Shown here: piece after piece, positions 9,108 to 16,733 of the stretch
How positions within the stretch are numbered: position 1 is the stretch's first letter
Layout of the letters: every line of letters starts with the position of its first letter
Origin: Candidatus Methylomirabilales bacterium
GTDB lineage: Bacteria > Methylomirabilota > Methylomirabilia > Methylomirabilales > CSP1-5
Length of the DNA stretch: 21,877 nt
NCBI GenBank assembly: GCA_046758505.1
Contig: JBHIAH010000043.1
Coordinates: 1 to 21,877, forward strand
Direction: 5' to 3'
Notes under the pieces: model-generated
What the model was told of the DNA's origin: nothing
Seen by the model: the letters and a program-made list of their open reading frames with translations, nothing else
Database searches by the model: none
Made by a program: the position numbers and the translations under genes

Positions 9108-9827
9108 CTAAGCTTGGCCTCCCCACCTCCGCTCTTGAGAATCCTTTCGTGCCTCGGGGGGCGACGAAGCGCTAAACCCCCGATAGGTGACCGCCACAAA
9201 CGCAATGGCGAGGGCACAGAGGAGGAGGGAAAGGGCGACTGGAACCGAGGGCAGGCGGTTGCGAAGCTCCGAGTGTAAGAGCCAGTTCAAGTACGCGATG
9301 TAGAAGTAGAAAAGCTGAACCCCGGCAAAAAAGAAGGCGAACACTGTGAACAGCGCCGCTAGTCGCTCGCGGAGCGTTTTAGAACGGTTACCGATGCGGA
9401 AAAGAAACTCGGTGAGCGACCCGGCCCGAACGGGAAAGAGCCGTTTGCGGTTCGCCAGATAAAAGGCAAACATCTGCCCGGCAAGGATCGAGACGAAGAT
9501 TTTCCCGGTCAGGCCGTACCACTTCGCCACCCAAACTCCAAAGTGCTCCACGACATTGTGCCACAGTGGATTCGCCTCGAGACCGAGATTGGGGGTGCGA
9601 TAGAGGGTAACGACATAGTCCGCGAGGTTCGCAACCAGTGCCACTCCGCCGACGATCCCCGCCGCCACCCAAACCCCACGCCGCTTTTCGGTGCGCAGGA
9701 CGTAGGACATGGCCGCCGTCCCACCTGCCACCGAGAACCACGCCAGGACAGACAGCCACACCCCTGCCTGCTCGATCATCGCCAGCAGGCGAAGTAGTTG
9801 GTCTTCAGCCATCGTCCCCGGGGACAC
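9108..9827 (-). CDS. Multi-pass membrane protein with DUF5658-like motif
   Basis: Several TM segments; LADYVVTLY...EANPLW resembles the D-x-x-x-T...E-x-NP motif of DUF5658. Start may be 9812. Confidence 0.7.
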   Translation of the reverse strand: MSPGTMAEDQLLRLLAMIEQAGVWLSVLAWFSVAGGTAAMSYVLRTEKRRGVWVAAGIVGGVALVANLADYVVTLYRTPNLGLEANPLWHNVVEHFGVWVAKWYGLTGKIFVSILAGQMFAFYLANRKRLFPVRAGSLTEFLFRIGNRSKTLRERLAALFTVFAFFFAGVQLFYFYIAYLNWLLHSELRNRLPSVPVALSLLLCALAIAFVAVTYRGFSASSPPEARKDSQERRWGGQA

Positions 9828-9829
9828 GG

Positions 9830-10408
9830 TCAGTCCCTATGCAATCGCGGGTGGGGAAAGCGGCACCGGATGGTTTCAACAAAGGTCCGGTCCGCGGAGG
9901 CCGAGAACATCTCCAGCGGCGAGTATCCCCGCTTCCACGCAAGGTAAACGGTGACCACGACCGCTGCAAAGGTAATCACAAAGTTGGGCCAGGCGTTCAA
10001 TTCCCATTGGTCCTGCCACGTCCAGTGCCAACCGTCCGAAAATGGGAGCAGGTAGTGAATGGGCCACGGGTACCCGTCCGGTCCCCGACCGCCGACAAGG
10101 TCTCCCAAGAGATGCAGGTGGAAGCTCACAACCGCAAGGGCGGCCGTCTTCCACCGGCGGGTTGCCACCAGGAAACTCACCCCCGCGACGACGAGGGCAA
10201 ATCCCAGGTTGTGTGCCAGAATATGGTGATACTTTGAGTACCACAAGAGCGGATGGTCCCACCCCCGCGTTAGCTTCTCCGCGATGGCCCCAATGCCGTC
10301 AACATCGGGCGCGACACCCGCCAGTGTCACAGCCGCTCGTTCCTTCCGGCTGAGATCCGCGCTATTGGCAACGAGCCATCCCACGAGAAAGTGGGTCGCG
10401 GGACTCAT
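9830..10408 (-). CDS. Membrane-bound metal-dependent hydrolase (YdjM-like)
   Basis: SD AAGGAG before ATG 10408; MSPATH, APDVD, HHILAH, HLLGD and P-x-x-x-x-x-P motifs. Confidence 0.85.
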   Translation of the reverse strand: MSPATHFLVGWLVANSADLSRKERAAVTLAGVAPDVDGIGAIAEKLTRGWDHPLLWYSKYHHILAHNLGFALVVAGVSFLVATRRWKTAALAVVSFHLHLLGDLVGGRGPDGYPWPIHYLLPFSDGWHWTWQDQWELNAWPNFVITFAAVVVTVYLAWKRGYSPLEMFSASADRTFVETIRCRFPHPRLHRD

Positions 10409-10491
10409 CGGTATGTACTCCTTCTGAAAAGCAAACCGCCCCTCCGGGCTGTTCGCGGCCGAAGGGGGCGGTGCAACGCCTGTGCCAGAGG

Positions 10492-10989
10492 TTAGGATAC
10501 TCGCTCGGGTTGGCTCAAGAGCGTGTGATGGCACAGCAGGAGAATATTGGCGGTCAGAAGACCTAGGAGGATCCCCAGGCCGATCGTGATCTCTTCTTGC
10601 AATAGTCTGCGACCAGTAGTGAGAAGGACCAGGTTGGAACAGGCAGCCACGAGTTTCAGTGGGCCGATTGCAATGATCAAGGCCGCCACGATGTATGAAC
10701 CTACCGCCCGATAGGAAAATGGCAAGATCAGGGCTATCCACCGTCCACGTTGCGCTATCCATTCACGGATCACGAGCAGACCGGGCCAGTACAGGGTGAG
10801 GAGCGACACCGCGATCATCAGACGGATGACGGACCAGGCGACGTATCCGTCCACGGAAAGACGGTGAACCATCGGATTGAGGTCGTACGCAAGCATATCG
10901 GGGCCAGCCGCCAACGTGGACGCCGTATCCGCCAGGAAGGCCAATATCAGGATCTTTACGGAAACCATGAAGGACTTTGAACGATTCAT
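10492..10989 (-). CDS. Membrane protein with DUF5658-like motif
   Basis: About four TM segments; LADTASTL...DLNPMV parallels the motif in 9108-9827; SD-like AGGA upstream. Confidence 0.6.
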   Translation of the reverse strand: MNRSKSFMVSVKILILAFLADTASTLAAGPDMLAYDLNPMVHRLSVDGYVAWSVIRLMIAVSLLTLYWPGLLVIREWIAQRGRWIALILPFSYRAVGSYIVAALIIAIGPLKLVAACSNLVLLTTGRRLLQEEITIGLGILLGLLTANILLLCHHTLLSQPERVS

Positions 10990-10998
10990 TGCATCCTG

Positions 10999-11538
10999 TC
11001 ACCGTAGTCCTGCCGCGCCGGGAAACCACCAGAAGTACGCAGCAAGAATGAGAACGCCGCCGCCGAGGATCCAGCGAGTCCGGCCCTGTAAGCCATCCGT
11101 CGCAGCCAGCCCCGTCGCGAGTCCAACGACAATCAACACCACGAGGTCAAAGTCCCCGGTCCATCGCAGCGCGAAGTCTTGGTCACTCAACGGCCACAAC
11201 AACTGCAGGGGCCACAGCGCAATCATATCTCCCAGCATATGTATCGAGCATCCGGCCAGGTTCAGGGCCACCAGTCGCGGGAATGGGATCTGCCTGACCC
11301 ACGAGCGTTCGATCCCGGCCAGCGCGACGGCCAGGATCATCACACCCCATATCGTGTGCGTGAAGGTGTGATGGAAGCGAGAATACACCTCGGCCCCCCA
11401 AAGATAACTGATAACATCGATGTCCGGCGCGAGGGCGGCCAGGCCCAACACCACCAGGGTCTGCCGTCACACGGCCGGGCGCGTACGCAGGGCTTGGCCG
11501 ATCAGGATGCCGGAACACGCATGCGTGAGGGCGTCCAT
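10999..11538 (-). pseudogene. Second YdjM-like metal-dependent hydrolase interrupted by an in-frame TGA at codon 24
   Basis: SD GGGAGG, ATG 11538, MDALTHACSGILIGQALRTRPAV*RQTLVVLGLAALAPDID...HHTFTH...HMLGD. TGA at 11467-11469, same frame as ORF 10999-11454. Confidence 0.8.
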
Positions 11539-11761
11539 GTCGCCTCCCAAAGCCGATCCTTTACCAGCAGAGCTAACACGTGGGGCCGAGGGCGCTCAAC
11601 AGGTCCTCTGGACCCGCCGCGAGTTAACATTCACGGAATGGCAATCGCGATGAAGATCAAGAAGACAAAGATGATCCAAAAAACTCTCATCGCTCAATGC
11701 CCCAACCACATACTCCGTTCGTGAACTGCCGTGACTTTCATCCATGCTTGCCACACATCGG

Positions 11762-11776
11762 GCAACGATTGTGCCA
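11762..11776 (-). promoter_or_regulatory. Putative sigma54 promoter for the leftward hydrolase operon
   Basis: Minus strand TGGCACAATCGTTGC, a perfect match to TGGCAC-N5-TTGC. Confidence 0.7.
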
Positions 11777-12089
11777 GACGCGAGTCATAGGCCATGACGG
11801 GTGCGGGTTCAACGGCCCGCGGTAAGCCGCTCCAAGGCTTAGATGTTCCTGCAAATCTGTGACGCACGAAATCCCAACTACGGAGATTCAGGAGGACTGC
11901 AATCCACTGCTTCAGTGGGAGGGGGTGTGACAAGAAGGCAAGAATGGCGATCCGTCGTGGGATCGTGCCGCCTCGATTCGCCGCGCTCGGAATGCTCGAT
12001 TGGGGGTATTTTCACCGCTGGTGATGGAAATGCCCACCCCATTCCCGCCCTCTTTGGGGGCCGCTCCTCTACTTTAAAGGGTTTAGTGT

Positions 12090-12105
12090 TGGCATTCTCC
12101 TTGCT
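12090..12105 (+). promoter_or_regulatory. Putative sigma54 promoter
   Basis: TGGCATTCTCCTTGCT, about 120 bp upstream of ATG 12224. Confidence 0.65.
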
Positions 12106-12223
12106 CAGCAGACGCCCCGTCCCCAAGATGATTTCATCCGCCGGACCGGGCCCTGATGCCGGAATCACCGAGTTCCATTGCCCCGCTGCCCGGGGGCCAG
12201 GTGAGGAAAGGAGACGGAAGGTC

Positions 12224-12400
12224 ATGGCATCGCCAAATCAAATCAACTCACGTCCAGGGAAGTACCGCTGCATGGACTGCGGGTACGAGATCACGGTCAA
12301 CAAAGGGGGAAGGTTCCCCCGGTGCCCTGTCCATCCTCACCCGGCGGCGTGGCTTTGGGTGCGCCAGTCTGTGCCGAAGCTCGCCCCTGCCAAGCATTAG
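12224..12400 (+). CDS. Small zinc-ribbon-like protein (58 aa)
   Basis: SD AGGAG; PGKYRCMDCG...GGRFPRCPVH...W (CxxC...CxxH), resembling YjzC-like/zinc-ribbon small proteins. Confidence 0.7.
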   Translation: MASPNQINSRPGKYRCMDCGYEITVNKGGRFPRCPVHPHPAAWLWVRQSVPKLAPAKH

Positions 12401-12504
12401 GGACTCCACCGTCGGCGTTCCCCCTCTGTACCGATGGTACATTCTTGTGCAGGCGGCGCGAACGTTGGGATCAATCGGCGGATGGAGCGCGTCACGGACA
12501 CTCG

Positions 12505-13197
12505 TTAATTTCGAAAGGAATCCGGTGAGGGGAGTTCCTCCCTGCACAGGCGATCCACGACATCCCCGATGAAGGCCGCCTGTGATGGCGTGGGACCGAG
12601 GAACTGGATTCCCATCCCGGTGAGGAGCCCCGGCCCTGTTGCTTTTCCACGCGTCCACACGACCCGCGCTCGCACCCGGAGAGGGCTGCGCAGGTCCGGC
12701 AGCGTGAAATGGAGCGTGACCTCTGTCTCCGGCGGGGCCGGGTGGGTGGTTGCGACGAACATCCCTCCCCGGCTCAGATTCAGGCACGTCCCGGTACTCG
12801 GCACTCCCGCGTCGGCGTACTCGACGGCGAACCGGACCGGGACCCGGATATCAGGGTGCCGTTTGGCCTGAGACAACCAGTGGCGGACCACGGCGGAGTC
12901 CACCGGTTGCTGGAAGGCCACTCCGTGGGGAAACGTCGTCCGCAGGTCGGCCCGGGTACCTCGCCCGACCCACACAATGAGGCCCCGCAGTGGGTCCCCT
13001 CGCCAGACCCGGACCACCAGGGGGCTTCCGGCGGGAAGGGCCTCGGGCAGCAGGAGTGCGAGTCCGCCGACACCGACGCTCCGGGTCTTGCCGGCGAGCC
13101 GTTTCGCCACGGGTCGTTCGGGACTAGGCGCGGTGCACAGCACGGGCACGTACGCTTCGAACCGGGCGTGGCCGCCCATTGCTCCATGGATAGTCAT
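12505..13197 (-). CDS. Tandem (double) PilZ-domain protein
   Basis: SD GGAGG before ATG 13197; C-terminal domain KRHPDIRVPV...NLSRGGMFV...RARVVW...GMGIQF; degenerate N-terminal domain HARF...SVGVGGL...GLIVW...HGVAF. Confidence 0.8.
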   Translation of the reverse strand: MTIHGAMGGHARFEAYVPVLCTAPSPERPVAKRLAGKTRSVGVGGLALLLPEALPAGSPLVVRVWRGDPLRGLIVWVGRGTRADLRTTFPHGVAFQQPVDSAVVRHWLSQAKRHPDIRVPVRFAVEYADAGVPSTGTCLNLSRGGMFVATTHPAPPETEVTLHFTLPDLRSPLRVRARVVWTRGKATGPGLLTGMGIQFLGPTPSQAAFIGDVVDRLCREELPSPDSFRN

Positions 13198-13248
13198 GGC
13201 TTCCCTCCACCCCGACCAGCGGCGAAAAGAGGACGAGGGGCCAGCGTC

Positions 13249-13290
13249 GCAATCGTCATGCCAGATTTGGATATTGCTAACCCCTTGAAA
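13249..13290 (-). promoter_or_regulatory. Putative sigma54 promoter with upstream IHF site
   Basis: Minus strand TGGCATGACGATTGC (13263-13249); TTTCAAGGGGTTA (13290-13278) has one mismatch to the IHF consensus WATCAANNNNTTR. Confidence 0.7.
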
Positions 13291-13466
13291 AAATGGAACC
13301 CCTAAGAGGCTCGGGAGAAGGATGTCCGGTCTTCGAACAGCGGGTGTGGTGTATCGTTCGGCTACACGGTGCGCCAAGCTCCTCGGCCTCGCCTAAGAGG
13401 CGACACGCGGGCACCAGCGAGTCCACCTCCCGGCCCCCGCTGCCGCGGGACAATTGCACTTCGCCC

Positions 13467-13689
13467 TTGACACGGAGCATGCCTGTCGGATACTAAAGAC
13501 AGCACTTCGTGGTGATCGGTCGCGTGCGCAACCGGTAGAGAGGGGGAGTGCAAAGCTCCCCACGGGGCGGAGAGAGATGAAACCGGGGTGACAATAACCC
13601 CCGGCCCACCGCTGGCACAATCGTTGGTGTACTTGAGACCCAGACGCCTTCCGGGCGGAGCACGGCCCGCGAAGGCGTTTTCCTTTTCT
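13467..13689 (+). ncRNA. Candidate small RNA gene with own promoter and terminator (copy A of an unrecognised family)
   Basis: TTGACA-16-GATACT (13467-13494); core 13577-13623 is 36/47 identical, ungapped, to 20141-20095 (minus); terminator-like stem ACGCCTTC/GAAGGCGT (13644-13678) plus T-rich tail; no credible long ORF. Confidence 0.6.
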
Positions 13690-14045
13690 ACCATCGGGTG
13701 AAAAAAGCGGAAAAAGCGGTGGGGCCCCAGGGAGAGGAAACGGGCGCAGAAAGAAGCACCGTCCCTTCGGGACCACGACAAATAATCGAGGCGGCTTGAC
13801 CGCACCCGCTGGCAGGCAGAGACGGTAAAGCCGCCCGCTCCCGCCCGAGGAACGAGGCATGGCCTCTGTCCCGGGGCCGAGCGTTGTTACGTATAGCATG
13901 CTGGCAAAGCCGAATGCAACTTCCTTCTCGTTGCACCAGATCGGTGCGCGCAGACTGTTCAGGGAAGAACCATCACGTCACCGATGACGCGCGTGAAAAT
14001 CCGCACGGGGAGAGCACGGGACCGGGCCGGAAGGAGGTGAAGACG

Positions 14046-14195
14046 ATGGCAAATCCACCGACCTGCATGACGTGCGGGTCCGTCCTGACGGGCTACGGCT
14101 GGAGCAACGAGCTGAGTTTCCCGGTACAGTTCTGTATCAAGTGCAAACCGCAAGGGGCCGCCGCGAAAGCGGAGGCGACACCGGAAGCGGCCTAG
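14046..14195 (+). CDS. Small CxxC-CxxC (zinc-finger-like) protein, 49 aa
   Basis: Perfect SD AAGGAGGT; MANPPTCMTCG...FCIKCKP; followed by a terminator. Confidence 0.75.
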   Translation: MANPPTCMTCGSVLTGYGWSNELSFPVQFCIKCKPQGAAAKAEATPEAA

Positions 14196-14273
14196 GCTTT
14201 TGCCGGTGAGGGATAGGGGTTACAGGCCCGGTCCCCGCTTTCCCGCCCTCACGAGTGCGACGTCGCCGGAGAA

Positions 14274-14317
14274 AAGGCGCCTTCCCGGACTGCCGGGAGG
14301 GCGCTTTCTTTCATTTT
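14274..14317 (+). terminator. Rho-independent terminator
   Basis: AAGGCGCCTTCCCGG-ACTG-CCGGGAGGGCGCTTT followed by a T-rich tract. Confidence 0.75.
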
Positions 14318-14437
14318 GTGCTTGACATCTGAATACTATATCTTGTATGTATCGTCATGGCCAACCCAAGAAATTGGGGAGGCCAGAGAGAGGCGAGATC
14401 CCCCTAAAGCGATGCGGGTGGAGGGGGATCAGAGGCA

Positions 14438-14518
14438 GTGAGTCTTGAAATCCTGGGGTTGATCACAGCGGCATTCGGTGTCCTGCTGCTCGCGAACTGG
14501 GTCGATCGCCGACGCTGA
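14438..14518 (+). CDS. 26-aa hydrophobic peptide, candidate Fst/Ldr-like type I toxin
   Basis: GTG...TGA encodes MSLEILGLITAAFGVLLLANWVDRRR: one TM helix plus a W-x-x-basic tail. SD GGAGGGGG lies in a 9-bp stem; AT-rich promoter region at 14310-14355. Below the ORF-track size cutoff. Confidence 0.6.
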   Translation: MSLEILGLITAAFGVLLLANWVDRRR

Positions 14519-14837
14519 GCCGCACGGGTGCCTTCACGGCCAAGACATCTTCCTCTCCAGACGGTGAGGGCCAGGGCTGGTTTCACCACTCCCCTCGATA
14601 GGCTCTCTCTTACCGGCTTCATCTCTTTGTTTCCCTTCCATCCCCCGCCTGACACCGCATCTCCTCCCGCTCCGGCATGGTGACCGACCTACCCAGTGGG
14701 GGTCCAGAGATGCAGGGTCGAGACCGCCTGAAGACCACCCCGCCATGGCATTGCCGGTGCCGCGCTTCCCTGCCGAAAATCGGTCAATGACATCCGACAA
14801 GACCCTTAACTCATTACAAATCCAGCGTGCCGCTTTC

Positions 14838-14853
14838 TGGCACATCCCTTGCT
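14838..14853 (+). promoter_or_regulatory. Putative sigma54 promoter of PilZ gene
   Basis: TGGCACATCCCTTGCT, a perfect match to the consensus, preceded by an AT-rich patch at 14806-14821. Confidence 0.7.
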
Positions 14854-15046
14854 ATCCCATCTTGATCGGACCATGATGCACGTCGGACGTCGATGAGGAA
14901 CGAACCCGGGGACCAAGAGACGCATCCCGGCCCTTGCCCCTGACGGCTCGCCCTCGGGATACGAAGGGTATCGCAGAGAGCGGGCCGAGGTGATCCAGAT
15001 CCGGGGGGGCGAGCTTCCGGACTGAAAGGCAGCAGGAGGAATTCCG

Positions 15047-15496
15047 ATGGGAGACGAACGGCCCGACAGACGACAATACCCCCGCGTCAGCGTAGCGGGC
15101 AGGACCAAGGGGCAAGTCAACGCCGTCTACGATGTGTCGCTCCTGGACATCAGTCTGGGGGGGGCACTCATCGAGCATGCCCAGGTCGTCCAACCGGGCA
15201 TTATCTTCGATCTGATCCTCACCCTGCAAGGATGCAGGATACAGCTCCGGTGCCGCGTGGTGCGGTCGACGGTGCATCGGCCAGAGGTGCAGGCAGACGG
15301 GGGGCGGAAGCTGATTTACCGGACGGGGTTAGAGTTTCTCCAACCCTCCACCGAGATGCGACAGGTCATCACCAGTTACATCCAGTCGATCATCGAGCAT
15401 GAGAACGGAGGCCCCCCGACCGCAGCAGACCCGCTCGAGCCGCTGGAACACGGCAGCCTGCACCTCGAAGGCCCGGCCGGCCAACGCGCGCGCTAA
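15047..15496 (+). CDS. PilZ-domain protein (c-di-GMP binding motifs intact)
   Basis: SD AGGAGG; RRQYPR (RxxxR) and DISLGG (D/NxSxxG); CRVVR...GLEF. Confidence 0.88.
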   Translation: MGDERPDRRQYPRVSVAGRTKGQVNAVYDVSLLDISLGGALIEHAQVVQPGIIFDLILTLQGCRIQLRCRVVRSTVHRPEVQADGGRKLIYRTGLEFLQPSTEMRQVITSYIQSIIEHENGGPPTAADPLEPLEHGSLHLEGPAGQRAR

Positions 15497-15582
15497 CCGG
15501 CGGCGGCGACGCGGATCGCCGGATTGAGACACCGGCCTCGCCAACAAGAGCCGTGACCTGTTCCAACACCTCGACTCTCCCC

Positions 15583-15610
15583 CCTGAACCATGAACCCTG
15601 AACACTGAAC
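15583..15610. repeat. Four tandem heptamers NNTGAAC
   Basis: CCTGAAC CATGAAC CCTGAAC ACTGAAC. Confidence 0.75.
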
Positions 15611-15932
15611 CGTCTCTGGACCTCCCCGCTCACCTATCATAGGAAAAATAAGGGCAAATGTTTTTCACACAACTGCCGTGAACGCGGTGGCTACCATGAG
15701 AAACTCGCACTCGAAGATAAATGGTAATTGTCGAGACGCGACCCCGCTCCCCGCTCTTTTCCCACACGCCTGAGGGCCTGCCAGCGCCACCCGGAATGGG
15801 TTGCATGATGGTCTTGACTTCGGCCCCGGGCGCGGCGATACTCACACCTCATGCGCGGGCTTCAGCTTCAGCGCTTCAGAGATGGAGCTGGAAACCCGAT
15901 GGTCCTGTATCGTACCAGTATGGAGCCGAAGA

Positions 15933-16730
15933 ATGAATGAAGGGCGTACGGGTTTTCACGGCGGAATCTGTGATGTGGATGGTGTGCTGGTGGCCTCTCC
16001 ACATGAACGGGCGTGGCGTGAGACCCTCGACCGCCTTTTCGAGACGGAGTGGCGAGGCATTCTCCCTCAAACGACGTATCAGCCAGAACGCTTTACGACC
16101 GCGGTGTATCAGGAGCATGTGGCCGGTAAGCCGCGGTTTAGCGGAGCGGAAGCAGCGTTAATCTACTTTGGCGTACCAGATGCCGCTGAGCGCTCACAAC
16201 GTTACGGCGAGTGCAAGCAAGCGTATTTGATTGAGTTGATTACGGCGGGGCAATTTAGGCCATTTCCCGATGGCCTGCGATTTGTTCTTGCGGTAAAAGA
16301 AATGGGAGTCCGTGTTGCGGCGGCATCATCATCGAAGAATGCCCATCTGTTCTTGGAACGAATACCACTCGATGTATTTTCTCAATCAGAGGGGAAGAGG
16401 TATCGCGTCGTCTTTCCCGGGATGACCTTGCTCGAGCTGTTTGATGCGAATGTCTGTGGGCGCTTTGAGCGAGGTAAGCCGCATCCAGAGATCTTTGTAA
16501 ACGCAGCCAATGATTTGGGCCTATCCCCCGGAGTCTGCTTTGTTGTCGAAGATGCGACGTCGGGAATCCAAGCAGCAAGGGCAGGGGGGATGGCTGCCCT
16601 GGGGGTCGCTCGACTGGATGATGAAGCCCTGCTCAGCGAGGCGGGTGCCGACCTCGTCGTGAGTTCACTCGACGACGTCGCGCTGGAGCCATTGACCCGT
16701 GGCCGGCTCGAGCGGCGACCAAAGACATAA
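15933..16730 (+). CDS. Beta-phosphoglucomutase-like HAD hydrolase
   Basis: SD GGAG before ATG 15933; HAD motifs DVDGVL, ASSSKNA, GKPHPEIF, VEDATSGIQAA; adjacent to a GH65 gene. Confidence 0.88.
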   Translation: MNEGRTGFHGGICDVDGVLVASPHERAWRETLDRLFETEWRGILPQTTYQPERFTTAVYQEHVAGKPRFSGAEAALIYFGVPDAAERSQRYGECKQAYLIELITAGQFRPFPDGLRFVLAVKEMGVRVAAASSSKNAHLFLERIPLDVFSQSEGKRYRVVFPGMTLLELFDANVCGRFERGKPHPEIFVNAANDLGLSPGVCFVVEDATSGIQAARAGGMAALGVARLDDEALLSEAGADLVVSSLDDVALEPLTRGRLERRPKT

Positions 16731-16733
16731 GCA

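Noticed and set aside
9830..10762. N-terminal extensions given by the ORF track for several genes (e.g. 10762, 9053, 13377, 11843, 13884, 19622, 21135)
   Set aside because: The extensions are non-homologous and overlap promoters or other genes; internal starts have clear SDs.
11467..11696. Genome-wide UGA recoding or selenocysteine
   Set aside because: Other genes in the window (ChaN-like, helicase, hflK) end at TGA, there is no clear SECIS hairpin, and the context is not a redox Cys motif.
13525..13595. c-di-GMP-I (GEMM) riboswitch, suggested by GGGAGTGCAAAGC and neighbouring PilZ genes
   Set aside because: The P2 stem with a GNRA loop cannot be formed convincingly and no gene follows in cis. 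An Rfam scan would settle it.
13902..13917. Sigma54 promoter TGGCAAAGCCGAATGC before the 49-aa gene (and similar TGGCACGACATGACGC near 21130)
   Set aside because: GG-to-GC spacing is 11 rather than the required 10 bp.
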